From an uncultured Gemmatimonadales bacterium (GTDB lineage Bacteria > Gemmatimonadota > Gemmatimonadetes > Gemmatimonadales > Gemmatimonadaceae), in contig OY969695.1 in assembly GCA_963701965.1 (NCBI GenBank), positions 384,001 through 448,000 on the forward strand: a stretch of 64,000 nucleotides of DNA, in the 5' to 3' direction. Each line of letters opens with the position of its first letter. Position 1 is the stretch's first letter. The notes beneath the pieces are model-generated. The model saw only the letters and a list, made by a program, of their open reading frames with translations. It was not told where the DNA came from and did not search any database. Of this stretch, positions 24,464 through 34,363 are shown one piece after another. Both the position numbers and the translations under genes were made by a program.

Positions 24464-25404
24464 GCCGCCTGCCCCGACGGCTGGGCGGCCGCTTCGGCGG
24501 CGCGCACGGCGCCTTCGGTCTCCTCGAGCACCGCGCGCGCGTCGCGCGCCACCGCCGCCGCACGCTCGGCCGTGACGGCGCGCTGCGCGAACTTGACCAG
24601 ATCGCTCTCCTCCAGCACACCGCGCAATCGGACCAGCGGCACGCGCGCGTCATCACGGAGGGCGTCGAGCAGCTCGCCCGTCGTGAGCGACAGCCCGGCG
24701 CCGGCAACCCGGCCGTTCAGATAATCACGCACGATCTGCGTGACCAACGCGACGTAGCGCCCGCGCTCGCCGGCCTCGATAAGTCCGAGATGCTCCAGCC
24801 GCGTCAGGGCCTCGATGGACTCGACGTAGGGATCGGCCGGTCGCGCCGGCGTTCGGCCGCCGCGGCGGGCCAGCCACCAGAGAACGAGCAACAGCAGGAG
24901 CATGGCGCCGATGCCCACCGCGTAGCGCCACCACCACGGTTCCGCCGGCGTCAGCACGGGACGCGCGGGCCGCGGCGTCCGCCGCCCGGTATCCTTGGGC
25001 GCCGGCCCCACGCGCCGCACGATGACACTGAGCGCGCCCAGCGGCAGCTCGCGGTCGACCGGCGCGGCGCCGGCCGCGCCCCACATGCGGACGACCGCGC
25101 TGGGAATGCCGATCGACTGCCGTCCGACATCCCACGCCGCCAGCCGGTACGTGGCCGTCGCCTCGGCGAACGCCGTGTCCGGCGCGTCGACGACCTGGCG
25201 CGTATCGAGCGCCTGCACGGTGCCCGTGGAGTCAGGCTCCGCGGCGAACTGAATGCGGGCACCACGCGGCGCTCGCACGCGCACGATGACCCGGAAGGGC
25301 ATGCCCACGGTCACGGTCTCGGGCACGACGCGGACCCCGAGCATGATCGAGTCGGGCATGGGCGCTTGGCCCAGCCAGAGGCCGGCGAGCGCGGCGAGCA
25401 ACAT
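24460..25404 (-). CDS. Bat-operon membrane protein (Ig-like N-terminus, TM, helical C-terminus)
   Basis: Sits between DUF58 and batA; TM WWWRYAVGIG...; LTTGELL...ESDLVKFA motif typical of this position. Confidence 0.7.
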   Translation of the reverse strand: MLLAALAGLWLGQAPMPDSIMLGVRVVPETVTVGMPFRVIVRVRAPRGARIQFAAEPDSTGTVQALDTRQVVDAPDTAFAEATATYRLAAWDVGRQSIGIPSAVVRMWGAAGAAPVDRELPLGALSVIVRRVGPAPKDTGRRTPRPARPVLTPAEPWWWRYAVGIGAMLLLLLVLWWLARRGGRTPARPADPYVESIEALTRLEHLGLIEAGERGRYVALVTQIVRDYLNGRVAGAGLSLTTGELLDALRDDARVPLVRLRGVLEESDLVKFAQRAVTAERAAAVARDARAVLEETEGAVRAAEAAAQPSGQAA

Positions 25405-26384
25405 CAGGCATGCCCGGCGACGCGACGGCGGTGCTGCCGCGTCGCCCGCGCGCGAAAGAACGCCAGCAGGGGCTCGACCACGCCGGCGTCGGTGCGGATG
25501 GCGACCTCGTCGATCGCCAGGCGTCGAAACAACTGCCGGCGCGCCGCGCGTTCGTCGGCGACCAGCTGCTCATAGCGGGAGCGCACCGCCGCGCGACTGG
25601 TGTCGACCACTATGGTCGCACCCGTCTCGGGATCGGCCAGCCGCACGGGCCCCAGGTCGGGCAACGTCCGCTCGCTCGGATCCTCGACGGTGACGGCCAC
25701 GACGTCGTGCTGTCCCGCCAAGCGCTTCAAGGGCTGCTCCACGCCGCTGGCCTGGAAGTCGGAGATGAGAAACACGATCGCGTGGTGCGACAACAAGCGT
25801 CCCAGGTACTCAATGGCTCCAGCCAGGTCCGTGCCGCGCCCGACCGGCTCGAACGCCAGCATCTCCCGGATGACGCGGAGGACGTGCCGCCGTCCCTTCT
25901 TTGGCGGGACGACGAGCTCCACGCGATCCGTGAATAAGACCGTCCCGACGCGATCGTTGTTCCGCACGGCGGACATCGCCAACACGGCGCCCAGTTCCGT
26001 CGCGGCATCGCTCTTGAACCGGCGCGCCGTCCCGTATCGCTCCGAACCGGAGAGGTCGACGGCGAGAACGACCGTCAGCTCCCGCTCTTCGACATACCGC
26101 TTGACGAATGGCCGGCGCATGCGGGCCGTGACGTTCCAGTCGATGGACCGCACCTCATCGCCGGCCTGGTACTCGCGCACCTCGGAGAACTCCATCCCCT
26201 GCCCTTTGAACACCGAGCGGTACTCGCCCGTAAAGAGCGAGTTCACGAGGCCGCGCGTCCGGAGCTCGATGAGCTTGACCTGCTTGAGGACCTGGGCGAC
26301 GCTGGGCGTCGCCAGATCCCGGGTCGGTTCGACTGATCTCGGCTGCGCCGAGATCCTCGGCGGGACGTTCACGGGCTTGCCCAT
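25404..26384 (-). CDS. DUF58 domain protein (MoxR-associated)
   Basis: YRSVFKGQGMEFSEVREYQAGDEVRSIDWNVTAR, YVEERE, DLSGS, ISDF. Confidence 0.92.
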   Translation of the reverse strand: MGKPVNVPPRISAQPRSVEPTRDLATPSVAQVLKQVKLIELRTRGLVNSLFTGEYRSVFKGQGMEFSEVREYQAGDEVRSIDWNVTARMRRPFVKRYVEERELTVVLAVDLSGSERYGTARRFKSDAATELGAVLAMSAVRNNDRVGTVLFTDRVELVVPPKKGRRHVLRVIREMLAFEPVGRGTDLAGAIEYLGRLLSHHAIVFLISDFQASGVEQPLKRLAGQHDVVAVTVEDPSERTLPDLGPVRLADPETGATIVVDTSRAAVRSRYEQLVADERAARRQLFRRLAIDEVAIRTDAGVVEPLLAFFRARATRQHRRRVAGHA

Positions 26385-27379
26385 CAGGGACTCTCGATCG
26401 CCGCCAGCACCCGTTGCACGATCGTGTCGCTGGTGACGGATTCGGCCTCGGCCTCGAACGTCGTGACGATGCGGTGCCGCAGGACGTCGGGCGCGATCGC
26501 CTTGACGTCGTCCGGCGTAACGAACGTGCGGCCGCGCAGGAAGGCATGCGCGCGGGAGGTCTGCGCCAGCGCGATCGTCGCCCGCGGCGAGGCGCCAAAC
26601 TCGACCAGCGAGGCCAGCTCCTTGAGACCCACGGCTGCGGGGGTGCGGGTCGCGTGAACGATCTCGACGATGTACTCGACGATGCGGTCGTCCATGTACA
26701 GCTCGGCGATCCGGGCCCGGGCCTCGAGGATGGCGGCGGGCGTGGCCACGGCCTCCACCGGGATGGTCGCGCCCGTCGACATCCGGCGGAGAATCTCGCG
26801 CTCCTCTTCGCGCGTCGGATAGCCGACGCGCAACTTCATCATGAAGCGATCGACTTGCGCTTCGGGCAGCGGATAGGTCCCTTCCTGCTCGATCGGGTTC
26901 TGCGTCGCCAAGACCAGAAAGGGCTCGTCGAGCGGATAGGTGGTCCCCCCGATCGTCACCTGCTTCTCCTGCATGGCCTCGAGTAGCGCGGCCTGGACTT
27001 TGGCGGGCGCGCGGTTGATCTCGTCCGCCAACACGATGTTGGCGAAGATCGGACCTCGCTTCACGGAGAACTGTCCGTTCGACTGATCGTAGACCTGCGT
27101 CCCGACGACGTCGGCGGGCAGGAGATCGGGCGTGAACTGGATCCGTTGAAACGATGTGTGAATGGTCTCGGCGAGCGTCCGCACGGTGAGCGTCTTGGCG
27201 AGCCCCGGCACGCCTTCCAACAGCACGTGGCCACCCGTCAACAGGCTGATCAACAGCCGCTCGATCATGTAGTCCTGCCCCACGACGCGCCGCGCGACCT
27301 GTCGGGCAACGGCTTGCGCCAGTGGGGCGTCGGTCGTGGGCGCCGGCGGCACCACCGCCAGGGGCTTAGTCCCCGGCAC
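26384..27379 (-). CDS. MoxR-family AAA+ ATPase
   Basis: HVLLEGVPGLAKT, RIQFTPDLLPAD, LADEINRAPAKVQAALLEAM, ATQNPIEQEGTYPLPEAQVDRF, GASPRA. Start approximate. Confidence 0.95.
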   Translation of the reverse strand: MPGTKPLAVVPPAPTTDAPLAQAVARQVARRVVGQDYMIERLLISLLTGGHVLLEGVPGLAKTLTVRTLAETIHTSFQRIQFTPDLLPADVVGTQVYDQSNGQFSVKRGPIFANIVLADEINRAPAKVQAALLEAMQEKQVTIGGTTYPLDEPFLVLATQNPIEQEGTYPLPEAQVDRFMMKLRVGYPTREEEREILRRMSTGATIPVEAVATPAAILEARARIAELYMDDRIVEYIVEIVHATRTPAAVGLKELASLVEFGASPRATIALAQTSRAHAFLRGRTFVTPDDVKAIAPDVLRHRIVTTFEAEAESVTSDTIVQRVLAAIESP

Positions 27380-28088
27380 TGACCAGCGCCTCGATCGCCC
27401 GTCGTTCGGTGGTAGTGAGGCCACGGCTCGTGCCGGGAGCCAGCGTCCCAAGCGCCACGGGTCCAAAGCGGGTGCGAACCAGCCTTTCCAGATCGAGCCC
27501 CAGCGCCACGCACAAGCGGCGGACTTCGTGATGGCGACCTTCCGTGATCGACACCTCGAATTCCCACCGCCGCTGGCCGATCGCCCGCGCCGCCACCTCG
27601 GTCGGCCGGACGATGGCGCCGTCGTCGAGCGCCACGCCGCCGCGGGCCGCCCGCACCGCGCCGGCCGCATCGCCCCGCACCGTGGCGACGTACGTGCGCT
27701 CCACGGCGCGGCTCGGATGCGTGAGCCGATGGGCCGCCTCGCCATCAGTCGTGAACAACAAGACGCCCTCGGTCATGTAGTCGAGCCGTCCAACGTATGT
27801 GAGCCCTGGGGTCGGCGGCACGAGATCGAATACGGTGCGCCGGTCATCCCCGTTGGCCCGCGAGCTGAGGACGCCCGGGGGCTTGTGCAAGACGATCCAC
27901 GTGGCGTGCGCCGGCGGCGGCGCCACCGCGTTCCCGTCGACGGTGATCCGGTCGGTCGCGGGATCGACGGATTGACCAATGCGGGCAAGGCGGCCGTTGA
28001 CCTGCACGCGGCCGGCGGCCACGAGCTCATCGGCCCGGCGACGGGACGCAATGCCAGAGCGCGCCAGCGCGCGCTGGATGCGCATCAT
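27366..28088 (-). CDS. rluB: RsuA-family pseudouridine synthase (RluB-like)
   Basis: S4 domain (LARSGIASRRRADE), HKPPG, VGRLDYMTEG, EGRHHEVRR; scpA-scpB-rluB synteny. Confidence 0.85.
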   Translation of the reverse strand: MMRIQRALARSGIASRRRADELVAAGRVQVNGRLARIGQSVDPATDRITVDGNAVAPPPAHATWIVLHKPPGVLSSRANGDDRRTVFDLVPPTPGLTYVGRLDYMTEGVLLFTTDGEAAHRLTHPSRAVERTYVATVRGDAAGAVRAARGGVALDDGAIVRPTEVAARAIGQRRWEFEVSITEGRHHEVRRLCVALGLDLERLVRTRFGPVALGTLAPGTSRGLTTTERRAIEALVSAGD

Positions 28089-28630
28089 GACGGCGCGAGG
28101 GGACGGAGGGCCACGGCCAATTCATCGGCCCGGGGCAGCTCGCCCAAGTGCCGCAGCGCGAACTGCTCCAGGAATACCGGCGTGGTGCCGTAGAGCAGCG
28201 GACGGCCCAACCCTTCGGCGCGCCCCACGACGTCTACGAGGCCCCGTTCGAGGAGGGTCTTGAGCAGGTTGCCGACGGACACGCCCCGGATCTCTTCGAT
28301 CTCGGCACGCGCGACGGGTTGCCGATAGGCGACGAGCGCCAGTGTCTCCAGCGCCGCGGCCGACAACCGCTGCGGCCGCGTGGCCAACTGGGCCCGCTCG
28401 ATGGCCGCGGTGAACTCGGCCCGAGTCAGGATCTGCCATCCGCCGCCCGCCTCCACCAGCTCCACCCCGTGCCCGCCTTCCTCGTGGGCGTAGTGATCGC
28501 GGAGTTCGGCGAGCGCGGCGGTGATCTCCGCGGTGGTCACGTTGGGGTCGAGGGCCGTCAGTTCCTCGAGGGGCACGGGCATGCCGCTCGTGAACAGCGC
28601 CGCCTCAAGCAGCTTCGCTAACGGGCTCAC
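28085..28630 (-). CDS. scpB: SMC-Scp complex subunit ScpB
   Basis: LLEAALF, LSAAALETLALVAYRQP, IEEIRGV, GRPLLYGTT..FL. Confidence 0.93.
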   Translation of the reverse strand: MSPLAKLLEAALFTSGMPVPLEELTALDPNVTTAEITAALAELRDHYAHEEGGHGVELVEAGGGWQILTRAEFTAAIERAQLATRPQRLSAAALETLALVAYRQPVARAEIEEIRGVSVGNLLKTLLERGLVDVVGRAEGLGRPLLYGTTPVFLEQFALRHLGELPRADELAVALRPLAPS

Positions 28631-29318
28631 GCGAGATCTCCACATCGCCAAACGGGGCGGGCTGTCGAATCAGGCACTCGCCCAACCGGGCGAGCTCCAA
28701 CAGGGCAAGCAACACGGACAACGCCCGCCACGGCTCGGCCTCGGCGGACACCAGGTCGCGCCACCGTCCGCGCGACCGCTCGGCCAACATCGCGCGGACG
28801 GCGATGAGCGCGCCTTCGACGTCCAGGGCGCGCGGCATGACGGAATGCACCGTCGGCCGCACGGCGGACCGCAGCACGCGATCGACGGCGGTCAGGAGCT
28901 CGCCCATGGAGACCGACAGCAGAGCCGGCGGGCGCGCGGGGTCGCTGGCCCGGGGCGGCACGGTGCGCGCGAACCGGTTCCGCCGCGCCTCGCCCAGCCG
29001 ATCGAGCACGTCGACGAGCTCGCGCACCTGTTGGTATTCGAGCAACCGCCGCACCAACTCGGCGCGCGGGTCCTCCCACGCGTCATTGCCGTCCGGACGG
29101 GGCAACAACAACTGGGCTTTGATGCGCAACAGACGGGCCGCCATGTCGAGATAGTCGGCGGCCGCATTGAGGCCGAGGGTCGCGATGCGCGCCAGGAACT
29201 GCTCGGCGACGCGGGCGATGGGGATGTCCCAGATGTCGATCTGCTCGTCGCGGATCAGCGTCAACAAGAGATCGAGCGGTCCATTGAAGTGCGCCAGCTC
29301 GACTACGAAGGCGGACAT
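28605..29318 (-). CDS. scpA: Segregation and condensation protein ScpA
   Basis: FNGPLDLLLTLI, DIPIA, MAARLLRIKAQLLLP, DPRAELVRRLLEY, LALLELAR. Confidence 0.93.
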   Translation of the reverse strand: MSAFVVELAHFNGPLDLLLTLIRDEQIDIWDIPIARVAEQFLARIATLGLNAAADYLDMAARLLRIKAQLLLPRPDGNDAWEDPRAELVRRLLEYQQVRELVDVLDRLGEARRNRFARTVPPRASDPARPPALLSVSMGELLTAVDRVLRSAVRPTVHSVMPRALDVEGALIAVRAMLAERSRGRWRDLVSAEAEPWRALSVLLALLELARLGECLIRQPAPFGDVEISREPVSEAA

Positions 29319-30016
29319 ATTCCCGTCTTGCACATCCAAATGTCGGCCCCCGGCAGCAGGAGTGAGCGCACCGCGCTCAGAAGACTATTGGCCAGCATGA
29401 AGCCCGGCGTCAACCAGTAGTACACGAGCGGCGTGGAGAGGAGCAGGAGCAGGATGAAGATGCCGAAGAATCCGACGCGTTGATACTGGACCGCCCACGC
29501 TGGCGGCAACAGGTACTTCATCACGTGCGAGCCGTCGAGCGGCGGAATCGGCAGCAGGTTGAAGAACAGCAGCTCGATGTTGATGGTGACACCCACGCCG
29601 AGCATTGCCTGCGCCACGGCCAAAGCGGCGCCCAGACTCGGGATCGCGCGACCGAGGACGCCGAGCAGGGCGACGACCACGGTAAACACCAACGCCAGCG
29701 CGAGATTCGTGGCCACGCCCGCCAACGAGACAATGATGTCGCCCTGCTTGAGGCGACGGTAGTTGCGGGGATCGACGGGAACGGGCTTGGCGCCGCCGAA
29801 GACCGGCAGGTGCAGCTTGAGCAGCACCAGCGGCAGCACGATGGTCATGAGCGGATCGATGTGCCGCAACGGATTGAGGCTGAGACGCCCGCGATCGCGG
29901 GCCGTCGTGTCGCCCTGGGCCAGCGCCGCATACCCGTGTGCGACTTCGTGCGCGATCACCGAGAGCAGGAGGACTGGCGCGATCAGCGCGATGACGAGAA
30001 TGCTCTGGGAGTCCAC
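29303..30016 (-). CDS. Site-2 protease (peptidase M50)
   Basis: HEVAH, GRLSLNPLRHID, NLLPIPPLDG. Confidence 0.92.
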   Translation of the reverse strand: MDSQSILVIALIAPVLLLSVIAHEVAHGYAALAQGDTTARDRGRLSLNPLRHIDPLMTIVLPLVLLKLHLPVFGGAKPVPVDPRNYRRLKQGDIIVSLAGVATNLALALVFTVVVALLGVLGRAIPSLGAALAVAQAMLGVGVTINIELLFFNLLPIPPLDGSHVMKYLLPPAWAVQYQRVGFFGIFILLLLLSTPLVYYWLTPGFMLANSLLSAVRSLLLPGADIWMCKTGICPPS

Positions 30017-30037
30017 CCCTCAAGCTACTGTGGCGCC

Positions 30038-30066
30038 TTGACATCCGCGATCAGGGCCGGTAGCTT
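30038..30066 (+). promoter_or_regulatory. Sigma70-like promoter TTGACA-N17-TAGCTT for rpsT
   Basis: TTGACA 30038-30043, 17 nt, TAGCTT 30061-30066. A divergent TAGCTT (minus, 30027-30022) lies 5 nt before the site-2 protease GTG. Confidence 0.7.
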
Positions 30067-30104
30067 CACGGACTTGTTTGCTCACTATCGTGGAGAGTTG
30101 CGTC

Positions 30105-30341
30105 GTGCCGAATATCGCGTCCGCGAAGAAGAATATGCGCAAGACCCGCGCGGCCACCGTACGAAACCGGGCCCAACGCTCGGCGTTGCGGACTGCGCTC
30201 AAGAGAGCGAAGGAGCCGACCTCCTCGGCGCAGGATCGTCTGGCCGCGACCAAACTGCTCGACCGCGCGGCGCGCAAAGGGCTCATTCACAAGAACGCCG
30301 CCGCCCGGCATAAGAGTCGTCTCGCCCGCCCGGCCGCGTAA
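30105..30341 (+). CDS. rpsT: 30S ribosomal protein S20
   Basis: (M)PNIASAKKNMRK...LLDRAARKGLIHKNAAARHKSRL; GGAG RBS before GTG. Confidence 0.95.
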   Translation: MPNIASAKKNMRKTRAATVRNRAQRSALRTALKRAKEPTSSAQDRLAATKLLDRAARKGLIHKNAAARHKSRLARPAA

Positions 30342-30362
30342 CGCCTGGGGCATCAAATAGGG

Positions 30363-30388
30363 AGGCCGGCCGCGAGGCCGGCCTTTTT
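30363..30388 (+). terminator. Rho-independent terminator after rpsT
   Basis: AGGCCGGCC-GCGA-GGCCGGCCT followed by TTTT. Confidence 0.85.
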
Positions 30389-31446
30389 CACATCGCGGCC
30401 AGCTCGCCGCCGCAGCGCTCGCAGTACCACTCCGTCGGGTAGTTCATACTCCCGCACTCCGAACACTTGAGCGATTTGACCTGCTCGATCGGGACGTCGC
30501 GGAGAAACACGGGCACCGATGCATCGCCGCGCGGCGTTGAATCCGTGCGCTTGTCGCGCAGGGAGATGTCGTTGAGCGTGCCCGCCTCGGGCGGCGTCGC
30601 GAATTTCCGCGCGGCGGCCGGCACACCCGCCATTGGCGTCCGCGGGCGCTCCGGGGCCGGCTTCGCCGCCGGGGTCCCCTGGCCTTCTGCCCGCGGATCG
30701 ATGACCGACTTCAGAAATTCGAGCTCGTCGAACATGGTCGGCTCGGCTTTCGGCGCGCCGGGGTCGGCTCTTGGATCAGTTCTGGGCTCCGGCTTTGGGG
30801 CCGCGGCGGCCGGACGCTTGAGCGCTCCATCGGCGGTGCGCGGCTCGGGCGGGCGAATCCGCGGCGCCTCCGGCGCCAGCTCTGGTGCCGGCATCGGCGG
30901 CGGACCTGCGCTCACATTGGCGGCTGGTGCCGGAGCCAGAGCCGGTGGCAGCGACGCCGACGCGGCCCCCGTCGACGCGACCGCGGGCGGCAGCGGCTCG
31001 GGCCGGCGACTCTTGGCCATGTTCAGCAGCTGTTGGAGCTGCGCCAGCTCCGCGGTGGTCTCTGACCGCTCGGCGGTCAGCCGGGTGATCTCGGCGTCCG
31101 TGGTGTCACTGAGCTCCTGCCACTTCTCATGGGAGTATTCCCCCACGGCCGCGCGGAGCTCCGCTTCCGACCGCTCGTCGCGCCGCTGATTCTCCTCGGA
31201 CTCCAGCGCGGAGAGCCGCTCGCCGAGCAGGTCGACCGACTGCTGCAGCTCGGTGGACCGGCCTCCGAGCTGATCGAGCACCCCGGACAAACGGGCCTGA
31301 TAGTCCCCGTGCACGCGCGCGTACACGTGAGGCGGCGTGATCGCCCGGCGCGATTCCAGCGTCGCCAGCCACTGTTCGTAACGCCGCCGCTCGCTCAGGA
31401 GCGCGGTGATGACATCTGTCGGCTTCTCTGCGGTCCCCGTCACCAT
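30388..31446 (-). CDS. Hypothetical protein: coiled coil, Pro/Ala-rich linker, C-terminal zinc ribbon
   Basis: Heptad-rich N-terminal ~140 aa; low-complexity linker; CSEC...YCERC at the C-terminus. Confidence 0.8.
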   Translation of the reverse strand: MVTGTAEKPTDVITALLSERRRYEQWLATLESRRAITPPHVYARVHGDYQARLSGVLDQLGGRSTELQQSVDLLGERLSALESEENQRRDERSEAELRAAVGEYSHEKWQELSDTTDAEITRLTAERSETTAELAQLQQLLNMAKSRRPEPLPPAVASTGAASASLPPALAPAPAANVSAGPPPMPAPELAPEAPRIRPPEPRTADGALKRPAAAAPKPEPRTDPRADPGAPKAEPTMFDELEFLKSVIDPRAEGQGTPAAKPAPERPRTPMAGVPAAARKFATPPEAGTLNDISLRDKRTDSTPRGDASVPVFLRDVPIEQVKSLKCSECGSMNYPTEWYCERCGGELAAM

Positions 31447-31484
31447 CTCTGCATAATTAGCTGTGACAACGTCCTACGCCAGCC

Positions 31485-31555
31485 CCACTAGCAAGGTGCT
31501 GAAAAACGCACCTGCTAGTGGCGTCGGTTGAACTGAGCTCCGTTGCGCGGAGCTC
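31485..31555. repeat. Two adjacent inverted repeats downstream of pyrC
   Basis: CCACTAGCA(A)GGTGC-tgaaaaac-GCACCTGCTAGTGG (31485-31521) and GAGCTCCG-ttgcg-CGGAGCTC (31535-31555). Confidence 0.8.
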
Positions 31556-32841
31556 TACGACGCCACCCGGTGGACGATACGGCCCCCGACGATCGTACAC
31601 ACCGCCTGGCCGCGTAGCTCGCGGCCGGCATACGGCGTGTTCCGACCCTTGGAAAGGAACTTCGCCGGGTCGACCACCCAGCGCCGGCTCGGGTCGAAGA
31701 TCGTGACGTCCGCCACTCCGCCGCGGGCCAGCGTCCCCCCGGGCAAATGAAAGAGCCGCGCGGGCGACACCGACATCCGTTCGATGAGATCGGCCCACGA
31801 CAGGATGTCACCTCCGACCAGCGTCGTGACGACCACGCCGAGGGCGGTTTCCAGGCCGACGATGCCGTTCGGCGCGTCGGCGAACTCCCGCTCCTTCTCG
31901 TCATAGTGGTGCGGGGCGTGATCCGTCGCCACGAGATCGATCGTGCCATCGCGCACCGCGCCCTGCAACGCCTCGACATCCTCCGCCGTGCGGAGCGGCG
32001 GATTCATCTTGGCGTTGGTGTTGTACCCCTCAACCGCATCCTCGGTGAGCGAGAGATGGTGCGGGCAGACCTCGGCCGTCACCCGAATCCCGCGCTCCTT
32101 GCCCCAGCGAATCAGTTCGACCGACCCTTTCGTGCTCATGTGCGCCAGATGCACGTGGCCGCCCGTCCGCCGCGCCAGCAGGATGTCGCGGATGACCATG
32201 ATCTCTTCGGCCTCGGCCGGAACGCCCTTCAATCCTAGACGCGCGCTGACCAAGCCCTCGTTCATGGCGCCACCCGCCGCCAACGTCGGCTCCTCGCAGT
32301 GATCGATGACCGGGATCTGGAACGTGCGCGCGTACTCGAGCGCCGTCCGCATGAGGTGCGCGCTGACGACGGGTCGCCCATCGTCGCTGATCGCGATCGC
32401 CCCCGCCCCCACCATCTCCCCGACTTCGGCTAACGCCTCACCTTTTTGTCGCACCGAGATCGCGCCGATCGGGTAGACCCGGGCGGCGTGCGCGGCGAGG
32501 CCCTGGCGCACCACGAATCCCACGGCCGCTTGATTGTCGGTCACGGGGTCCGTGTTGGGCATGGCACAGACCGCGGTGAAGCCGCCCGCCGCCGCGGCGC
32601 GCGCGCCGGACGCGATCGTCTCCACGTCCTCGCGGCCGGGCTCGCGCAGATGCGTGTGGACGTCGATGAATCCGGGCGCGACAATGCACCCCCCGCAGTC
32701 GATCACCTCGACGCCGTCCGGACCGGCCACCGATTCGCCAACGTGCTCGATCGTGCCATCGACCAGCAGCACATCGCCGATCGTATCCAGGTCCCGGGAC
32801 GGATCGATGATCCGCCCACCGCGCAAAATGAGAGGCTTCAT
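31555..32841 (-). CDS. pyrC: Dihydroorotase
   Basis: [49 protein letters not shown]. Confidence 0.96.
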   Translation of the reverse strand: MKPLILRGGRIIDPSRDLDTIGDVLLVDGTIEHVGESVAGPDGVEVIDCGGCIVAPGFIDVHTHLREPGREDVETIASGARAAAAGGFTAVCAMPNTDPVTDNQAAVGFVVRQGLAAHAARVYPIGAISVRQKGEALAEVGEMVGAGAIAISDDGRPVVSAHLMRTALEYARTFQIPVIDHCEEPTLAAGGAMNEGLVSARLGLKGVPAEAEEIMVIRDILLARRTGGHVHLAHMSTKGSVELIRWGKERGIRVTAEVCPHHLSLTEDAVEGYNTNAKMNPPLRTAEDVEALQGAVRDGTIDLVATDHAPHHYDEKEREFADAPNGIVGLETALGVVVTTLVGGDILSWADLIERMSVSPARLFHLPGGTLARGGVADVTIFDPSRRWVVDPAKFLSKGRNTPYAGRELRGQAVCTIVGGRIVHRVAS

Positions 32842-33791
32842 CCCTTCTTCGCCGCCTCGGCCAGCTCTGGCCGGCCACCGGCGAGGAGGTACAACACCGC
32901 CATGCGAATGGCCACGCCGTTCGTCACCTGGTCAAGGATCACGCTGTGGGGTCCGTCCGCGACGTTGGAGTCGATTTCGACACCGCGATTCATCGGACCG
33001 GGGTGCAAAATCACCAGGTCGCGCGGTGACCGCGCCACCCGCTCCGCTGTCACGCCGAACACGCGATTGTACTCGCGCAGCGAGGGGATGTATCCCGCCG
33101 TCATGCGCTCCAGCTGCAGGCGCAGGACGTTGAGCGCCTGGGCCCACTCGATGGCCCCCTCGATGCGATCGAAGACGATGACCCCGAGATCTTCGATGCC
33201 GTGGGGCAACAGGGATCGGGGCCCGCACACCGCGACCTCGGCGCCCATCTTCTTGAGGCCCCAGATGTTCGAGCGGGCCACACGGGAGTGGAGCACGTCG
33301 CCGCAGATGCAGACGCGCAACCCCTCGAGCGTCGTAAACCGGTCGCGCAGCGTCAACAGGTCGAGCAGCCCTTGCGTCGGATGCTCGTGGGTGCCGTCCC
33401 CGGCGTTGATGACGTTCGACTCGATGCGTTCGGCCAGAAACTGCGCCGCCCCCGACGCCCCGTGTCGGATCACGACCATGTCGATCCGCATCGCCTCGAG
33501 GTTGCGCGCCGTGTCGACCAACGTCTCGCCCTTGGACACACTGGAGCCGGAGGCGGCGACGTTCACGGTGTCGGCCGAGAGGCGTTTCTCGGCGAACTCG
33601 AACGAAACGCGCGTCCGGGTCGACGCCTCGAAGAACAGGTTGACGATCGTGGAGCCGCGCAGCGTCGGCACCTTCTTGATCGCGCGCTCGCTGATCTCCT
33701 TGAAGGGCTCGGCGGTATCGAGGATCAGTCGAATCTGATCGGCGCTCAGGTGCTCCAGCCCGAGCAGATCCTTGCCGAGCGGACTGCTCAC
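32838..33791 (-). CDS. pyrB: Aspartate carbamoyltransferase catalytic subunit
   Basis: [40 protein letters not shown]. Confidence 0.97.
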   Translation of the reverse strand: MSSPLGKDLLGLEHLSADQIRLILDTAEPFKEISERAIKKVPTLRGSTIVNLFFEASTRTRVSFEFAEKRLSADTVNVAASGSSVSKGETLVDTARNLEAMRIDMVVIRHGASGAAQFLAERIESNVINAGDGTHEHPTQGLLDLLTLRDRFTTLEGLRVCICGDVLHSRVARSNIWGLKKMGAEVAVCGPRSLLPHGIEDLGVIVFDRIEGAIEWAQALNVLRLQLERMTAGYIPSLREYNRVFGVTAERVARSPRDLVILHPGPMNRGVEIDSNVADGPHSVILDQVTNGVAIRMAVLYLLAGGRPELAEAAKKG

Positions 33792-34327
33792 TGCGCCACC
33801 AGGATCACCGCATCCTTGCCATCGAGCGCCTGGACCAGTACGTCCACGCGTTGCTCGCGCGGCAGGTCGACGCGCTTCCCGACGATATCGGCGTGAATGG
33901 GCAGCTCCCGACCCCCACGATCCACGAGCACGGCGAGCGCGATACGCGCCGGGCGGCCGAAATCCGCCAATTCGTCGAGCGCCGCGCGGACCGTCCGCCC
34001 CGTATACAGCACGTCGTCGACGATCACGATCTGCGCGCCATCGATGTCGCGCGGCAGATCGGTCGCGCCGACTACGGGTCGCGGGCCGATCGTCTGGAGG
34101 TCGTCGCGATAGAGCGTAATGTCCAGGGCGCCCCGGGCCGGCGTGTCGCCCTCCCGCTCGCCGATCAACGCCGCGATGCGGTCGGCCAACTGGACGCCGC
34201 GGCGTTGGATACCCACCAACATCAGGCCGTCCGTGCCGCCATTCAGCTCGACGATCTCGCCCGCCATGCGCTTGAGCGTGCGGTCGACGGCGCGGGCGTC
34301 CAGCAACGTTATGGATGTGGAATTCAT
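33788..34327 (-). CDS. pyrR: Bifunctional pyr operon regulator / uracil phosphoribosyltransferase
   Basis: [42 protein letters not shown]. Confidence 0.95.
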   Translation of the reverse strand: MNSTSITLLDARAVDRTLKRMAGEIVELNGGTDGLMLVGIQRRGVQLADRIAALIGEREGDTPARGALDITLYRDDLQTIGPRPVVGATDLPRDIDGAQIVIVDDVLYTGRTVRAALDELADFGRPARIALAVLVDRGGRELPIHADIVGKRVDLPREQRVDVLVQALDGKDAVILVAQ

Positions 34328-34363
34328 GCCGCGGCCAAATATGTAGGCCGCCCCCGACTATTT

